Shown here: positions 1-9,746 of the stretch, piece after piece
Position numbering within the stretch: position 1 is the first letter of the stretch
Layout: every line of letters begins with the position of its first letter
Assembly (NCBI GenBank): GCA_038231455.1
Contig: JBBRLI010000029.1
Location: 1 to 38,985 of the forward strand
DNA: 38,985 nucleotides
Direction of reading: 5' to 3'
Source: Vulcanimicrobiales bacterium
GTDB lineage: Bacteria; Vulcanimicrobiota; Vulcanimicrobiia; Vulcanimicrobiales; Vulcanimicrobiaceae
Notes under the pieces: generated by a model
What the model was told of the DNA's origin: nothing
Databases searched by the model: none
What the model saw: the letters and a program-made list of their open reading frames with translations, nothing else
Program-made: the position numbers and the translations under genes

Positions 1-185
1 ACGTTCAGTGTCGCACCCGAATTTGGCGTCCCGCTGGGTGAGGGCACCGGAGTCGGCGACGGCGACGTACCCGGTAGGATCGGTTGGCTGGTCCCGCTGG
101 TCCCGCTAGTCCCACCGCCGCATGCGGTGAGCACGAAGCCGACGCCAAGCACGAGTAATTCGCGCCGCCGAAAAATGTCTTTCAA
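1..185 (-). CDS. Tat-exported lipoprotein, N-terminal part only (runs off window edge)
   Basis: Hand translation from TTG at 185: MKDIFRRRELLVLGVGFVLTACGGGTSGTSGTSQPILPGTSPSPTPVPSPSGTPNSG. Twin-arginine motif RRRELL, lipobox LTAC, SD AAGGGAG just upstream. Not in the ORF track. Confidence 0.8.
   Translation of the reverse strand, partial: MKDIFRRRELLVLGVGFVLTACGGGTSGTSGTSQPILPGTSPSPTPVPSPSGTPNSGATLN
87..113. repeat. 9-bp tandem repeat x3 (GCTGGTCCC GCTGGTCCC GCTAGTCCC) encoding a GTS-GTS-GTS linker
   Basis: Read directly from the sequence. Confidence 0.85.
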
Positions 186-297
186 GACGGATTCTCCCTT
201 ACGTGCGAGCCCACGGAACTGTGGACTGCATGGTTCTGGAATATCCTACGTCAGAAATACGGTGTTCGTTGTTGAACGGACATTAGAGTTCGCGAGG

Positions 298-316
298 CAA
301 ATCGTAACAAATCGTA
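298..316. promoter_or_regulatory. Tandem direct repeat CAAATCGTA-A-CAAATCGTA, possible transcription factor site
   Basis: Perfect 9-mer repeated with a 10-bp period in the intergenic region upstream of the Tat lipoprotein. Confidence 0.35.
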
Positions 317-334
317 GTCACGCGCGCAACTCGT

Positions 335-958
335 TTATTCCGGTGCTTGGGTCTTTGCATTCCAGAGGTGTTCGGGTTGGCCGAGTGCGCCGTTGATCCA
401 GCGCGACCAGACAAAGAGTGCGTCCGAGAGCCGGTTGACGTAGCGGACGACATCGTTTGAGATCGGTTCGTTATCGCGCAGGGTGATGAGCAGACGCTCG
501 GCCCGGCGTGCGATCGTGCGCGCTTGGTGTAAGAAGGCGCCGGCGTACGAGCCGCCCGGTAAGATGAAGTTGGCGAGCGGTTCGAGGTCTTGTTGCGCGT
601 GGTCGATCGCGCGTTCGAGAGCGAGTGCGTCCGCTTCGTGGATCAGCGGCATGCCTTCCCAGCGGTCTTGCGGGAGCGTGGCAAGATCGGAGCCTAGGTT
701 GAAGAGCACGTCCTGCACCCAGGCGAGCCAGGCATCCAGCTCGGCGCCGACTTTAAGCGCGCGGTCATGGTCCTGCGTTGGGCGCGTGCGGCGAAGCTCG
801 CCGAGCGCCGTGCGCGCAAGACCGATGACGCTCGAGAGTTCGTCGATCGTGCCATAGGTCTCGATCCGCAGCGCGTTTTTCTTGACCCGCTGTCCGCCGA
901 CGAGGCCCGTCGTTCCGTCGTCGCCCGTTCGTGTGTAGATTCGTGTTAATTTCGGCAT
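335..958 (-). CDS. pduO: ATP:cob(I)alamin adenosyltransferase, PduO type
   Basis: IYTRTGDDGTT, YGTIDELSS, FILPGGS, LHQARTIARRAER, YVNRLSDALF motifs. Confidence 0.93.
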   Translation of the reverse strand: MPKLTRIYTRTGDDGTTGLVGGQRVKKNALRIETYGTIDELSSVIGLARTALGELRRTRPTQDHDRALKVGAELDAWLAWVQDVLFNLGSDLATLPQDRWEGMPLIHEADALALERAIDHAQQDLEPLANFILPGGSYAGAFLHQARTIARRAERLLITLRDNEPISNDVVRYVNRLSDALFVWSRWINGALGQPEHLWNAKTQAPE

Positions 959-1026
959 TGCGTCGGCTTGCTTTCGCCAGCGGGCGAGGACCCTCCGGTG
1001 GTTCTCCGAACCCTTGGGACGCAGTT

Positions 1027-2490
1027 ATGGCCGAAAAACTTGAAAAGACCCCGTACGTCAAAGACATCCCGGAAAAAGCCAAGGATCTCTCGGAGTGGTA
1101 CCAAGCCGTCGTTTATAAGGCGGAACTCGTTTCACTTGCGCCGGTACGCGGGTGCGTCGTTCTCCGACCTTACGGCTTCGCGCTTTGGGAGCGCTTGCAG
1201 GCCGAACTCGATGCGCGCTTCAAGGCGACGGGCCACGAGAACGCCTATTTTCCGCTCCTGATCCCCGAGTCGCTCCTCACAAAAGAAGCCGAGCACGTCG
1301 AGGGGTTTGCGCCCGAAGTCGCCTGGGTGACCGAAGGCGGCGGCGAGAAACTTGCCGAGCGTCTCGCGATCCGGCCGACCTCGGAAGTCATCATCGGCAC
1401 GATGTATGCGGAGTGGATTCAGTCCTATCGCGACTTGCCGATCCTCATCAACCAGTGGGTCAACGTGCTGCGCTGGGAAAAACGCACGCGTCCGTTCTTG
1501 CGTACGATGGAATTCCTATGGCAAGAAGGTCATACGGCGCACGCAACCGAGACCGAAGCCGCAGCCGAAGTCGCGCAGATGCTCGAGGTCTATCGCGAAG
1601 TTGCCGAGACCGTCGTCGGCGTGCCGGTGATTACGGGCGAGAAGAGCTCGAGCGAACGCTTCGCCGGCGCGACGCACACGTATTCGATCGAAGCGCTGAT
1701 GCCCGATGGCAAAGCATTGCAATCCGGCACCTCCCACGAACTCGGGCAGAACTTTTCTAAAGCCTACGACATTACGTTCTCTGCCGAAGATCAAACGCAG
1801 CAACATGCCTGGACGACGTCCTGGGGGATGTCGTGGCGCATGCTTGGCGCGATGATCATGGTGCACGGCGACGATCGCGGATTGCGTATCCCCCCGAAAA
1901 TGGCGCCGATCGAAGTCGTGATCGTGCCGATCGTCAAAGGCGAGTCGCCGTCGGTCCGTAATGCCGCGCAGGATCTTTTCAAAGCATGCAAAGCGGCGGG
2001 TCTGCGCGTGAAGCTCGACGATCGCGACGGGAAGACGCCGGGCAACAAGTTCAACGAATGGGAACTGCGCGGCGTGCCGATTCGCATCGAACTTGGCGAA
2101 CGCGATCTCACCGAAGGGGTCGCAACGCTCGTACGCCGAGATAAGGCCGTCAAGAGTGAGGGTCAGAAGACGGCGGTGAAAATTGCCGACGTCCCAACGA
2201 CGATCCCAGCGATGCTCGCCGACATCCAGCACGAACTCTTCGCGCAAGCCAAAGCCTTTCTTGATTCGCACGTTCACACCGCAAGCAGCCGCGATGAATT
2301 CTTCGGGTTGCTCAAAGAACGTGCGGGTATGATCGTGATTCCTTGGTGCAACCGTCCCGAATGTGAAGCGGCGATCAAAGAGTCCAGTTCCGCCACCTCG
2401 CGCGTCGTTCACGAGCCGGCGCTCGGCCAAACGTGCCTTGCGTGCGGTGAACCGGCACGCGTGCAAGCGCACTTCGCGCAAAGCTACTAG
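1027..2490 (+). CDS. proS: Proline--tRNA ligase, archaeal/eukaryote-like type (no INS editing domain, C-terminal Zn domain)
   Basis: HVEGFAPEVAWV, RPTSE, RPFLRTMEFLWQEGHT, LQSGTSH; C-terminal C..C/CLAC and terminal SY. ATG at 1027 preferred over the ORF-track start at 931, which overlaps pduO. Confidence 0.97.
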   Translation: MAEKLEKTPYVKDIPEKAKDLSEWYQAVVYKAELVSLAPVRGCVVLRPYGFALWERLQAELDARFKATGHENAYFPLLIPESLLTKEAEHVEGFAPEVAWVTEGGGEKLAERLAIRPTSEVIIGTMYAEWIQSYRDLPILINQWVNVLRWEKRTRPFLRTMEFLWQEGHTAHATETEAAAEVAQMLEVYREVAETVVGVPVITGEKSSSERFAGATHTYSIEALMPDGKALQSGTSHELGQNFSKAYDITFSAEDQTQQHAWTTSWGMSWRMLGAMIMVHGDDRGLRIPPKMAPIEVVIVPIVKGESPSVRNAAQDLFKACKAAGLRVKLDDRDGKTPGNKFNEWELRGVPIRIELGERDLTEGVATLVRRDKAVKSEGQKTAVKIADVPTTIPAMLADIQHELFAQAKAFLDSHVHTASSRDEFFGLLKERAGMIVIPWCNRPECEAAIKESSSATSRVVHEPALGQTCLACGEPARVQAHFAQSY

Positions 2491-2969
2491 TGCTGGGACT
2501 TATCACGCCGCTCGATCTTGGGCCGCAGAAGAAAGCGGAACTCCGCGCGAGCGGAACGCAGCGCGCGATTGCGGTCGCTATTGGAAAGCGCGTTTTCGCG
2601 CACGATCTCCCCGCCCAAGTCTTGAAGATTCGGGTTGACGGCGACGGCCGTCATACGATCGCGGGCGTGACGATCTCCGGCGTAAAATTCAAACATCCGA
2701 TCGACGCACGCGGCTTGACGGCGGAAGTCGCGACCGTCGTCCGCGATGCATTTGCGGCCGCACCGATCGAGGAAGTGGACATTTGGGCGACGGTGCCGCT
2801 CGCACAACCGCCCAAGACCGTGGTGAGCGGCGAATATGCACAGCCGACGGCGCGTATCGTCTATTCCGCAACCGTGCTGCGCGGTGATCTTCCCGCACTC
2901 GATGCGCTTTTGAACGGCACGCGCGCGATCTATTGGGATGCCGCCTTCCGCGCGGGTCTGCGCACGTGA
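2490..2969 (+). CDS. Hypothetical protein
   Basis: 159 aa ORF whose GTG overlaps the proS stop and whose stop overlaps the next start (GTGA); no family recognised. Confidence 0.75.
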   Translation: MLGLITPLDLGPQKKAELRASGTQRAIAVAIGKRVFAHDLPAQVLKIRVDGDGRHTIAGVTISGVKFKHPIDARGLTAEVATVVRDAFAAAPIEEVDIWATVPLAQPPKTVVSGEYAQPTARIVYSATVLRGDLPALDALLNGTRAIYWDAAFRAGLRT

Positions 2970-4228
2970 TCCGGCAGTCGGTTCTTGCGGGCGGCGTCCG
3001 CGTCATCACCGAGAGCATGCCGCATTTGCGTTCGGCGACCGTCGGTATTTGGGCCGATGTGGGTTCGGCCTCCGAGCGGCCTGCGCAGCGCGGTATCTCG
3101 CACATGGTCGAACACATGCTCTTCAAAGGCACGCCGCGCCGAACGGCGCGCGCGATCGCCGAGACGATGGACAGCGTCGGCGGCAACATGAACGCCTTCA
3201 CTGATAAAGAGACGACGTGCTATTATGCAACGATCATCGACCGACACGTGCCGCTCGCGATCGACGTGCTCGGTGATATGTTCGTTTATTCCCTGTTCGA
3301 TCCGGACGAACTCAGTAAAGAGCAGCGCGTGGTGATCGAAGAAATCCGCATGTACGACGATTCGCCCGATGAGATGATCGGCGACCTGTTCGCGCGCACG
3401 ATGTGGAATAATTCGCACCTTGGCGAACCGACGATCGGTTACGAAGAAACCGTGACGGCGCTCAAGGCCGATGATTTGCGCGGTTGGATGCGCGAACGCT
3501 ACGCGCCGACAACGGTGCTCGTCACGGCTGCCGGAAATGTCGAGCACGACGCGGTGTGCGCGATGGTCGAGAAAGCCTTCGCGGGCTATACCGGTGCGGC
3601 GATCCCGCCGCTCCCGGATCGCCCGAAGCTCACGCCTTCGCTCGTCGTAAAGAAGAAGGACGTCGAGCAGGCGTACGTGATGTTCGGGACGCTCGGACTT
3701 GGGATGCGCGATGACGACCGCTATGCGCTCTCGATCTTGGATTCGATCCTCGGCGGCGGCATGTCGAGCCGACTCTTCCAGGAAGTGCGCGAAAAGCGCG
3801 GTCTTGCGTATTCGGTCTACTCGTTCCAGCACGCGTATCGGGAAGCCGGAATCTTCGGCGTATCGGCCGGCACAGCGCCCGACCGCGTTCAGGAATGTGT
3901 GGACGTCATCGTCGATCAGTGGGATCAAATGATGATGGACGGCGTGAACGAGACCGAATTGCATCTCTCAAAAGAGTATCTCAAAGGCAGTCTGACGCTC
4001 TCGCTTGAGTCGAGCGCCTCGCGTATGATGCGTCTGGGTCGCAGCGAGTTCACCTTCGGACGTCAGTTCGCAACGGAAGAAATCGAAGCGTCAATCGACG
4101 CCGTCACAACGGATGACGTTGCCCGGCTTGCGCACACGCTACTCGCCTCCGATCAGCGGGGTCTTGTCGTCCTCGGACCGCTCGAACCCGAGGATGTCCG
4201 CTTCGATGCCCCGCGGGTTCTTGCGTGA
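2966..4228 (+). CDS. M16 (pitrilysin/insulinase) family zinc peptidase
   Basis: Inverted zincin HMVEH, NAFTDKE, SSRLFQEVREKRGLAYSV; GTG at 2966 in a GTGA overlap. Confidence 0.95.
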   Translation: MIRQSVLAGGVRVITESMPHLRSATVGIWADVGSASERPAQRGISHMVEHMLFKGTPRRTARAIAETMDSVGGNMNAFTDKETTCYYATIIDRHVPLAIDVLGDMFVYSLFDPDELSKEQRVVIEEIRMYDDSPDEMIGDLFARTMWNNSHLGEPTIGYEETVTALKADDLRGWMRERYAPTTVLVTAAGNVEHDAVCAMVEKAFAGYTGAAIPPLPDRPKLTPSLVVKKKDVEQAYVMFGTLGLGMRDDDRYALSILDSILGGGMSSRLFQEVREKRGLAYSVYSFQHAYREAGIFGVSAGTAPDRVQECVDVIVDQWDQMMMDGVNETELHLSKEYLKGSLTLSLESSASRMMRLGRSEFTFGRQFATEEIEASIDAVTTDDVARLAHTLLASDQRGLVVLGPLEPEDVRFDAPRVLA

Positions 4229-5103
4229 CCCAAGCGGTCGTCACGAACTTCTGGTCGTGGCAACTTGGTGTCGCACTCGTGCTCAATGCAATCGTCCAGG
4301 CCGTGACGATCGGCGCGTTCGCCGCCCGGATCGCGGGCGTTATCACGCGGCGGATTGCGATTTCGATCTCGCTCTTCAGTCTCTTCGTAACCGCGAGCCG
4401 GTTGGCGAACCTCGTCTATACGCCGCTGCTCGGCGGTATCTCGGATGCCGCGCGCAACGTCGTCGTCCAAGCCGACAAGCTCAACCTGCCTGGCATGGCG
4501 CAGCCGGCGCTCGCGCAGTACGAATGGCAACTGCGCACGATCGTCTTTGCCGGAACGATCGGCACGGTCATCGGCGGGATATTGCTGCCGACGTTCATGT
4601 TTTTGTTCATCCGCGGAATCGGCTCGTTCGAGCGCCTCGACTCGATGCCAAAGGCCCTCTTCCGGCTCTTCGATCCCAAGGTGGTCCGCGATATTGTCGG
4701 TTCGCTGCGCTCGCCGAACCCGACGTCGTGGGGACGGTTCAAGCTCACCCACGTTCCGATGAAGTTGCTCATCGCCAATACCGTGCTGCAGTCGGTCTAC
4801 GCGATCGGCGTTGTCGCCGCCGTCTATGCGGGCGTCCGCGATCCGGTTCACTCGATCGCCGCGACCTTGCTCTCGGGGATCGTAAACGGTATCGGCACGA
4901 TCGCCTTTACGCTCTTTGTCGATCCGACCTCGGCGCAGATCGTCGATCAGGCAACACACGGGAAACGGACGCTCGACGAAGTAAAATCGATGGTATTCTT
5001 CCTCACGCTAACTACGATCGTAGGAACGTTGATCTCGCAGCTGTTCTTGTATCCCGCAGCGCTCCTCATCGGAGCGGTCGCGCGATTGACCTACCATGGG
5101 TGA
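4225..5103 (+). CDS. amj: Lipid II flippase Amj family (DUF2837) membrane protein
   Basis: ARIAGVITRRIAISISLFSLFVTASRLAN and LSGIVNGIGTIAFTLFVDP resemble Amj conserved segments; multiple TM helices. Confidence 0.82.
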   Translation: MTQAVVTNFWSWQLGVALVLNAIVQAVTIGAFAARIAGVITRRIAISISLFSLFVTASRLANLVYTPLLGGISDAARNVVVQADKLNLPGMAQPALAQYEWQLRTIVFAGTIGTVIGGILLPTFMFLFIRGIGSFERLDSMPKALFRLFDPKVVRDIVGSLRSPNPTSWGRFKLTHVPMKLLIANTVLQSVYAIGVVAAVYAGVRDPVHSIAATLLSGIVNGIGTIAFTLFVDPTSAQIVDQATHGKRTLDEVKSMVFFLTLTTIVGTLISQLFLYPAALLIGAVARLTYHG

Positions 5104-5785
5104 GCGCCGCGCGCTGATCCTGGCTGCGGTGCTCTGCGTGCTGCCGCTAAACGGCTGCGCGTCGAACATCACCGGCTGGATCGTCGAGACGCGCAATCAT
5201 CAAGGAGACGTCGCGCTCAGCCGCGCACGCATGTCGATTCCGATTTCACCTGCGTATCTCGAAGAAGCCTCGAAAGCCTACGCGCTCGCCCTGCGTGTCG
5301 ATCCGACGGACGTGCATGCGCGCAGCGGCGCCGTCGCCGTGCAGCTCGAGAATGCCGCGCAAGATTATCGGGCCTCAAAATTCGATGACGCACTGGCCGC
5401 CGTTGCGGTGGCAGCAAAGTACGATCCGACGAACGTGCGCGTGGCGCAACTGCGCAGCGATATCGAAGAAGCGCGCCTCAAACGCGAGATCGCGCTCTCG
5501 AACTATCCGACCTACAAAGATTCTGCCACCTCACTGCGGCGCGCTTACGACGGTCTCAAAGTATACAACGCCCGGGTCACCGCCTCGCTCAAACGCTTCG
5601 ACTACACCTACGACATCAACGACCTCAACGAGGCGATCCGCCAAAGTTACGACTTCGATGAAGTCATCAAACGCGACACCAACCGCCTCGTGCAGTTCCG
5701 CCAGCTCGTCGAGTCAGGCGCGCCGGAATCGGCGCGCAGCGGCGCCCCGGTCGCACCGCCGGCGTCGCTGTTGCCGCTTCCGTAG
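5096..5785 (+). CDS. Putative lipoprotein with TPR-like helices
   Basis: Signal peptide ending LNGC; YALALRVDP and AAKYDPTN TPR-like turns. Confidence 0.7.
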   Translation: MGERRALILAAVLCVLPLNGCASNITGWIVETRNHQGDVALSRARMSIPISPAYLEEASKAYALALRVDPTDVHARSGAVAVQLENAAQDYRASKFDDALAAVAVAAKYDPTNVRVAQLRSDIEEARLKREIALSNYPTYKDSATSLRRAYDGLKVYNARVTASLKRFDYTYDINDLNEAIRQSYDFDEVIKRDTNRLVQFRQLVESGAPESARSGAPVAPPASLLPLP

Positions 5786-5819
5786 CGGTTTCCCGTCTCG
5801 CCGGCACGAACGAGCCGGT

Positions 5820-6206
5820 ATGGCAAAGGTAACGGGCGTCGGCGGTATTTTTCTGCGTGCGCGAGATCCGCAAGCGCTTAGTGCGTGGTATCAGCATCAT
5901 CTGGGTCTTCCGTACGCCCACGGATTTGCGAAGCTCAAGTGGTCCGAGGACGGCGATGCAAATGCGTCCACCGCTTGGAGTGCCTTCGATATTGATACGA
6001 CCCACTTCGGCGCCGCGACGCAACAAGTCATGGTGAACTATCGTGTTGACGACCTCGATGGGCTGCTTACCAAACTCGAAGCGGACGGAGTAGAAATTAT
6101 TCCGGAGCGCAGTGACGACCAGACATTCGGGCGTTTTGCGTGGATTGTCGACTGCGAAGGCAATCGAGTAGAACTCTGGGAGCCCGCAGGACGGCCGAAA
6201 GGCTAG
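5820..6206 (+). CDS. VOC/glyoxalase family protein
   Basis: MAKVTGVGGIFLRARDP..WY..HLG, NYRVDDLD, GRFAWIVDCEGNRVELWEP; ATG at 5820. Confidence 0.92.
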   Translation: MAKVTGVGGIFLRARDPQALSAWYQHHLGLPYAHGFAKLKWSEDGDANASTAWSAFDIDTTHFGAATQQVMVNYRVDDLDGLLTKLEADGVEIIPERSDDQTFGRFAWIVDCEGNRVELWEPAGRPKG

Positions 6207-7810
6207 CTCTGTGGAACGGGAGGTGCGCTCAACGGTTCGAGCAGCCCCGCCTTTTCTTTGCGACGAAATTCTTGCCAGCGTTCCTCCGCACCGGGGAGAA
6301 CCTTTGCGGGGTCGGTCTCGTAGAGTGGCCACATGGCATTCGGATTGCGCACGGGGAAGCGCTGCATCCAGGCGTAGAGTTCGACGTTTCGCTTGAAGCG
6401 ATTGTTTTCGATCGCGATAAAATAGCGCGAGCCTTTGCGTATCGCGCTCTGCTCGTCGAAGGGCGTCCAGAGGTAGGGATCCTCTTCCCAGCCTTTGCGA
6501 TTGATGTAGTACAAGATCGATGGATCGTAGTGCGCCATGACGACGAGCGCACCCGGCGGTAAGGTCGCATTCAGAGCCTTTGCCGCGATGACGTTCGCTT
6601 TCTTGTAGTGGTAGTAGGGCGCGAGCGTTCGCCGTTCATCGACGATGAATGCGATGAAGAGGAGTGCGCCGGCGACGGCAAGCCCCGATAGGAACGCGCG
6701 CGCATTGTTCGTCGCGCGCAGGCGCTCGATCCAGTACGAGAACAGCGCGCCGCCCACGAGTGCCGCGAGCGGCAAGATGATATAGGTGTAGTAGTCGACG
6801 CGTTCGACCGTTAGCACGGCGTAGGCGTAAAGCAAATATCCGAGGAGCCACCCGTACAAGAGCGCGTCACTTCGCGTGCTTAAGCGGCGCGTGAAGCCGA
6901 GAACGAGGACGAGCACTCCGAAGAAACCGAGCATCGTTTTGCTGATGAGACCATAGGTGTCTTTGAACGCGCGCAGCTTCGCAACGAACTCGGCTGGCGA
7001 TGTGAGCGCTTTCTTGAGGGCGGGGATCACGTGGAGTTTGGTGATGCCGCTTGCCCAATGCCACTCGGCGTGCGATGAGACGATTTGTCCGTACACCGAT
7101 AACACGACGACCGCTGCGACGATCGTCGCGCCGATGCGTGCAAGACCCATCGTGCCGAACGTTTTGTTGCGGAACTCCCACGCCGCAACGGCGACGAGCG
7201 GCACAAGCGCTACCACTGCCACGGGTTTGGCAAGGAATGCCATCGTGAGTGCGAGTGCTGCCCAAGCCGCACCGCGCCACGTCTTGGCGCCCTCAACGAG
7301 AAACCGCGTACACACGAAGAGCGCGAGCGTGAAGAAGAAGACCATCGTCGTATCCGGCATGAACGTGCGACCGTAGTACACGCTCCCGGGCAGCACGGTG
7401 AAGATCGCAGCGGCGATCAAGCCGCCCGCGATCGTTCCGATCAGCCAGCGGCCGAAGAACGCCAGCACGACGATGGTTCCAACGGAAAAACCAATCGAGA
7501 TCAGGCGACCGAACACTTCGTGAATGCCGAATATTTTATAGCCGATCGCCGCGAGGAACGGCACGATCTGCAGTTCGAGCTCGACGTAGTTCGGCGGCGG
7601 CCCGTTATAGTCGGTCTGGGGATAGAGCGGATTGAACTGCAGCGTCGCAAAGTTGCGCGCGATGGCCGCTGTATCGCCTTGGCGCCAACCGGGATGATCG
7701 AGGATCGGGTTATGCAGGCCGCGGAGGCGCAAGATGATCCCAAGCGCGACGAGCGCTCCGATCCCAAGCCACCAGATCCAGCGGTCTAGCGAACGGCGCG
7801 GAACGTCCAA
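6203..7810 (-). CDS. GT-C membrane glycosyltransferase (ArnT/PMT, family 39-like)
   Basis: WRQGDTAAIARNF loop after TM1, YYGRTFMPD, LAKP, many TM helices, soluble C-terminal domain. Confidence 0.85.
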   Translation of the reverse strand: MDVPRRSLDRWIWWLGIGALVALGIILRLRGLHNPILDHPGWRQGDTAAIARNFATLQFNPLYPQTDYNGPPPNYVELELQIVPFLAAIGYKIFGIHEVFGRLISIGFSVGTIVVLAFFGRWLIGTIAGGLIAAAIFTVLPGSVYYGRTFMPDTTMVFFFTLALFVCTRFLVEGAKTWRGAAWAALALTMAFLAKPVAVVALVPLVAVAAWEFRNKTFGTMGLARIGATIVAAVVVLSVYGQIVSSHAEWHWASGITKLHVIPALKKALTSPAEFVAKLRAFKDTYGLISKTMLGFFGVLVLVLGFTRRLSTRSDALLYGWLLGYLLYAYAVLTVERVDYYTYIILPLAALVGGALFSYWIERLRATNNARAFLSGLAVAGALLFIAFIVDERRTLAPYYHYKKANVIAAKALNATLPPGALVVMAHYDPSILYYINRKGWEEDPYLWTPFDEQSAIRKGSRYFIAIENNRFKRNVELYAWMQRFPVRNPNAMWPLYETDPAKVLPGAEERWQEFRRKEKAGLLEPLSAPPVPQS

Positions 7811-8217
7811 TACTTATTGACAAAGAAATTGACGAAGATACCGGCGAGGGTCGCGAGCAGCCACAACTTGTGTCCGCGTCCGAACACCGGCGCGAAGAGC
7901 GTGGAGACGCCAAGTCCCACGAGTAGCGCGATCACGGAGACGGTGAGAAACGCAGCGCCCTCTTTGCCCGCGTGCCCGGTCGAGCGAAACGTCCAAATGC
8001 GATTGAGAAAATAATTCGACACGCCGCCAGAGAGAAAGCTCACCGAGTAGATCAGGTTGTACTGAAACGGCGCGGCGTGATTGGGGACGATGCGCTGCAA
8101 GATCGTGAAAATCACGACGTTGACCGCGAGCCCCGAACTGCCGACGATGCCGAACTTGACGAGCTGACGGACACCGCGCCGCTGCGTAATGCGTTGAACG
8201 ATTCCCGGTGCGCTCAC
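7786..8217 (-). CDS. GtrA family flippase-like protein
   Basis: QLVKFGIVG, NYFLNRIWTF, NFFVNKYWTF; GTG at 8217 overlaps the upstream TGA. Confidence 0.9.
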   Translation of the reverse strand: MSAPGIVQRITQRRGVRQLVKFGIVGSSGLAVNVVIFTILQRIVPNHAAPFQYNLIYSVSFLSGGVSNYFLNRIWTFRSTGHAGKEGAAFLTVSVIALLVGLGVSTLFAPVFGRGHKLWLLATLAGIFVNFFVNKYWTFRAVR

Positions 8218-9746
8218 GCGACCCAGTACCAATTGGCGAAAAGCACCGTATAGAGTCCTAAGAGCGGGAGGGAGAATGATACGATCGCATTGTGCACGGT
8301 CGAGCGTTCGCCCCACAGTGCCATGACGGCGAACATCGGGAAGAGCACGAGCGCGAAGCGCGGCATGCTCATCAGCGAGGCGGTCGACATTGGAATGAGG
8401 ATCGAGAGCGCCATGTAAATCGAGTAGGACGGGCGCAATCGCCGGATGCCGGCGATCAAGATGCCCACCATCAGCAGTGTGAAGCTCAGTTCGAAGAATT
8501 GATTCACAATCGTAACCGCCGAACTCGACGTCGACATGATATGGATGGAATTGTAGAAAGCGACCCACGGCGGGGCGAAGTGGCGACCCCAGTGACTCTG
8601 GACGTGTGAAAACGCGAGTGGGTCGCCGTTGATCACCCAAAGCGCGGCCATGTACGTCAGGAGGCCTAGTGGAATGAGCGCGAGGCCCACGATCGGCCGC
8701 ACGAACGCATCGAGCGGAAACTTACGTACGCCCCACATCAGCGTGATCCACTCGATGAAGAATGGAACGGCAAGTAGGACACCCTCGGAGCGCGTAAGTG
8801 CGGCAAAGTAGCCGATGAGCCCGGCCGTGATCCACTTGCGTTCGCGAATATAGTAGAACGACGCGACAGTGAGCGCGAAAAAGAGCGACTCGGTATACAC
8901 GGCGGAGAAAAAAATCGCCGTTGGAAAGACGGAGGCATAAAACGTCGCGCGTTGCGCCACGTGCCGATTGTATTGATGTTCGACGAGCTTATAAAAGAAA
9001 AGCAAGCCGAAGAAGACAGAGACGTTCGAGATGATCAGACCCGAGACGAGCGGGTTCCCGGTTACTTTGGTCAAGAGCCAAATGAGCGAGGGGAAGAGCG
9101 GGAAGAACGCAGCGTCGGTGCCGTGATAGCCTTGGCGTGCGATCGTGATGTAATGCTCGGCATCCCAGCGGCCCCACACCGCAAGCGCCGGATTCGTCGA
9201 TGCGGCGTAGTGACTGCCCGGACGCGCGCCGATGAGCACGGCAGCGAATTCCGCAATCAAGATGATCGGCACGCGCGTCACGATGAAGGTGATCGCGACA
9301 TCGCGCACGGTCCGGTTGAGCGTCGCGGCGACCGCGAGCTTCACGACCGCAAACGCCGCGATTGCAAGTCCGGTCGTGCGGCCGGTCTGAGCGGCGCCAA
9401 ACGGCCCGACGAACGTCGCCCACGAAAAGACCAGCATGCCCCACGACACCGCGTCATATTTGAGGGCGGTGACCAGTGCGACGTCCGTGCGGCGCGAGAA
9501 ATAGCGCGCGTACCCGACCCACAGTGCAAGCGCCGTCGCAATGCCAAGGGGCAGCGCGGCGAGCAGCGCCGCCTCCATTGCTATCGGCAAACTCGACAGA
9601 CGCCCGAGCGCTGCATACCAGGCAAAGAAACCGGCCGTTAAGCCGGCGAGCACCACGGTAACGAGCGCCGGAACACCGGCGCTCATCAGCAGATCACCAA
9701 GCGCTGGGCGAACGGCAAGGCCGCCGAGCGGCAACGTTCGGTTCAT
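8214..9746 (-). CDS. PIG-V-like (GT76) membrane mannosyltransferase with extra N-terminal TM region
   Basis: WGRWDAEHYITIARQGY, AFFPLFP, FSAVYTESLF, SMPRF. Start ATG 9746 or GTG 9773 (AGGAG 5 nt upstream); the longer ORF-track call is antisense to glpX. Confidence 0.85.
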   Translation of the reverse strand: MNRTLPLGGLAVRPALGDLLMSAGVPALVTVVLAGLTAGFFAWYAALGRLSSLPIAMEAALLAALPLGIATALALWVGYARYFSRRTDVALVTALKYDAVSWGMLVFSWATFVGPFGAAQTGRTTGLAIAAFAVVKLAVAATLNRTVRDVAITFIVTRVPIILIAEFAAVLIGARPGSHYAASTNPALAVWGRWDAEHYITIARQGYHGTDAAFFPLFPSLIWLLTKVTGNPLVSGLIISNVSVFFGLLFFYKLVEHQYNRHVAQRATFYASVFPTAIFFSAVYTESLFFALTVASFYYIRERKWITAGLIGYFAALTRSEGVLLAVPFFIEWITLMWGVRKFPLDAFVRPIVGLALIPLGLLTYMAALWVINGDPLAFSHVQSHWGRHFAPPWVAFYNSIHIMSTSSSAVTIVNQFFELSFTLLMVGILIAGIRRLRPSYSIYMALSILIPMSTASLMSMPRFALVLFPMFAVMALWGERSTVHNAIVSFSLPLLGLYTVLFANWYWVA

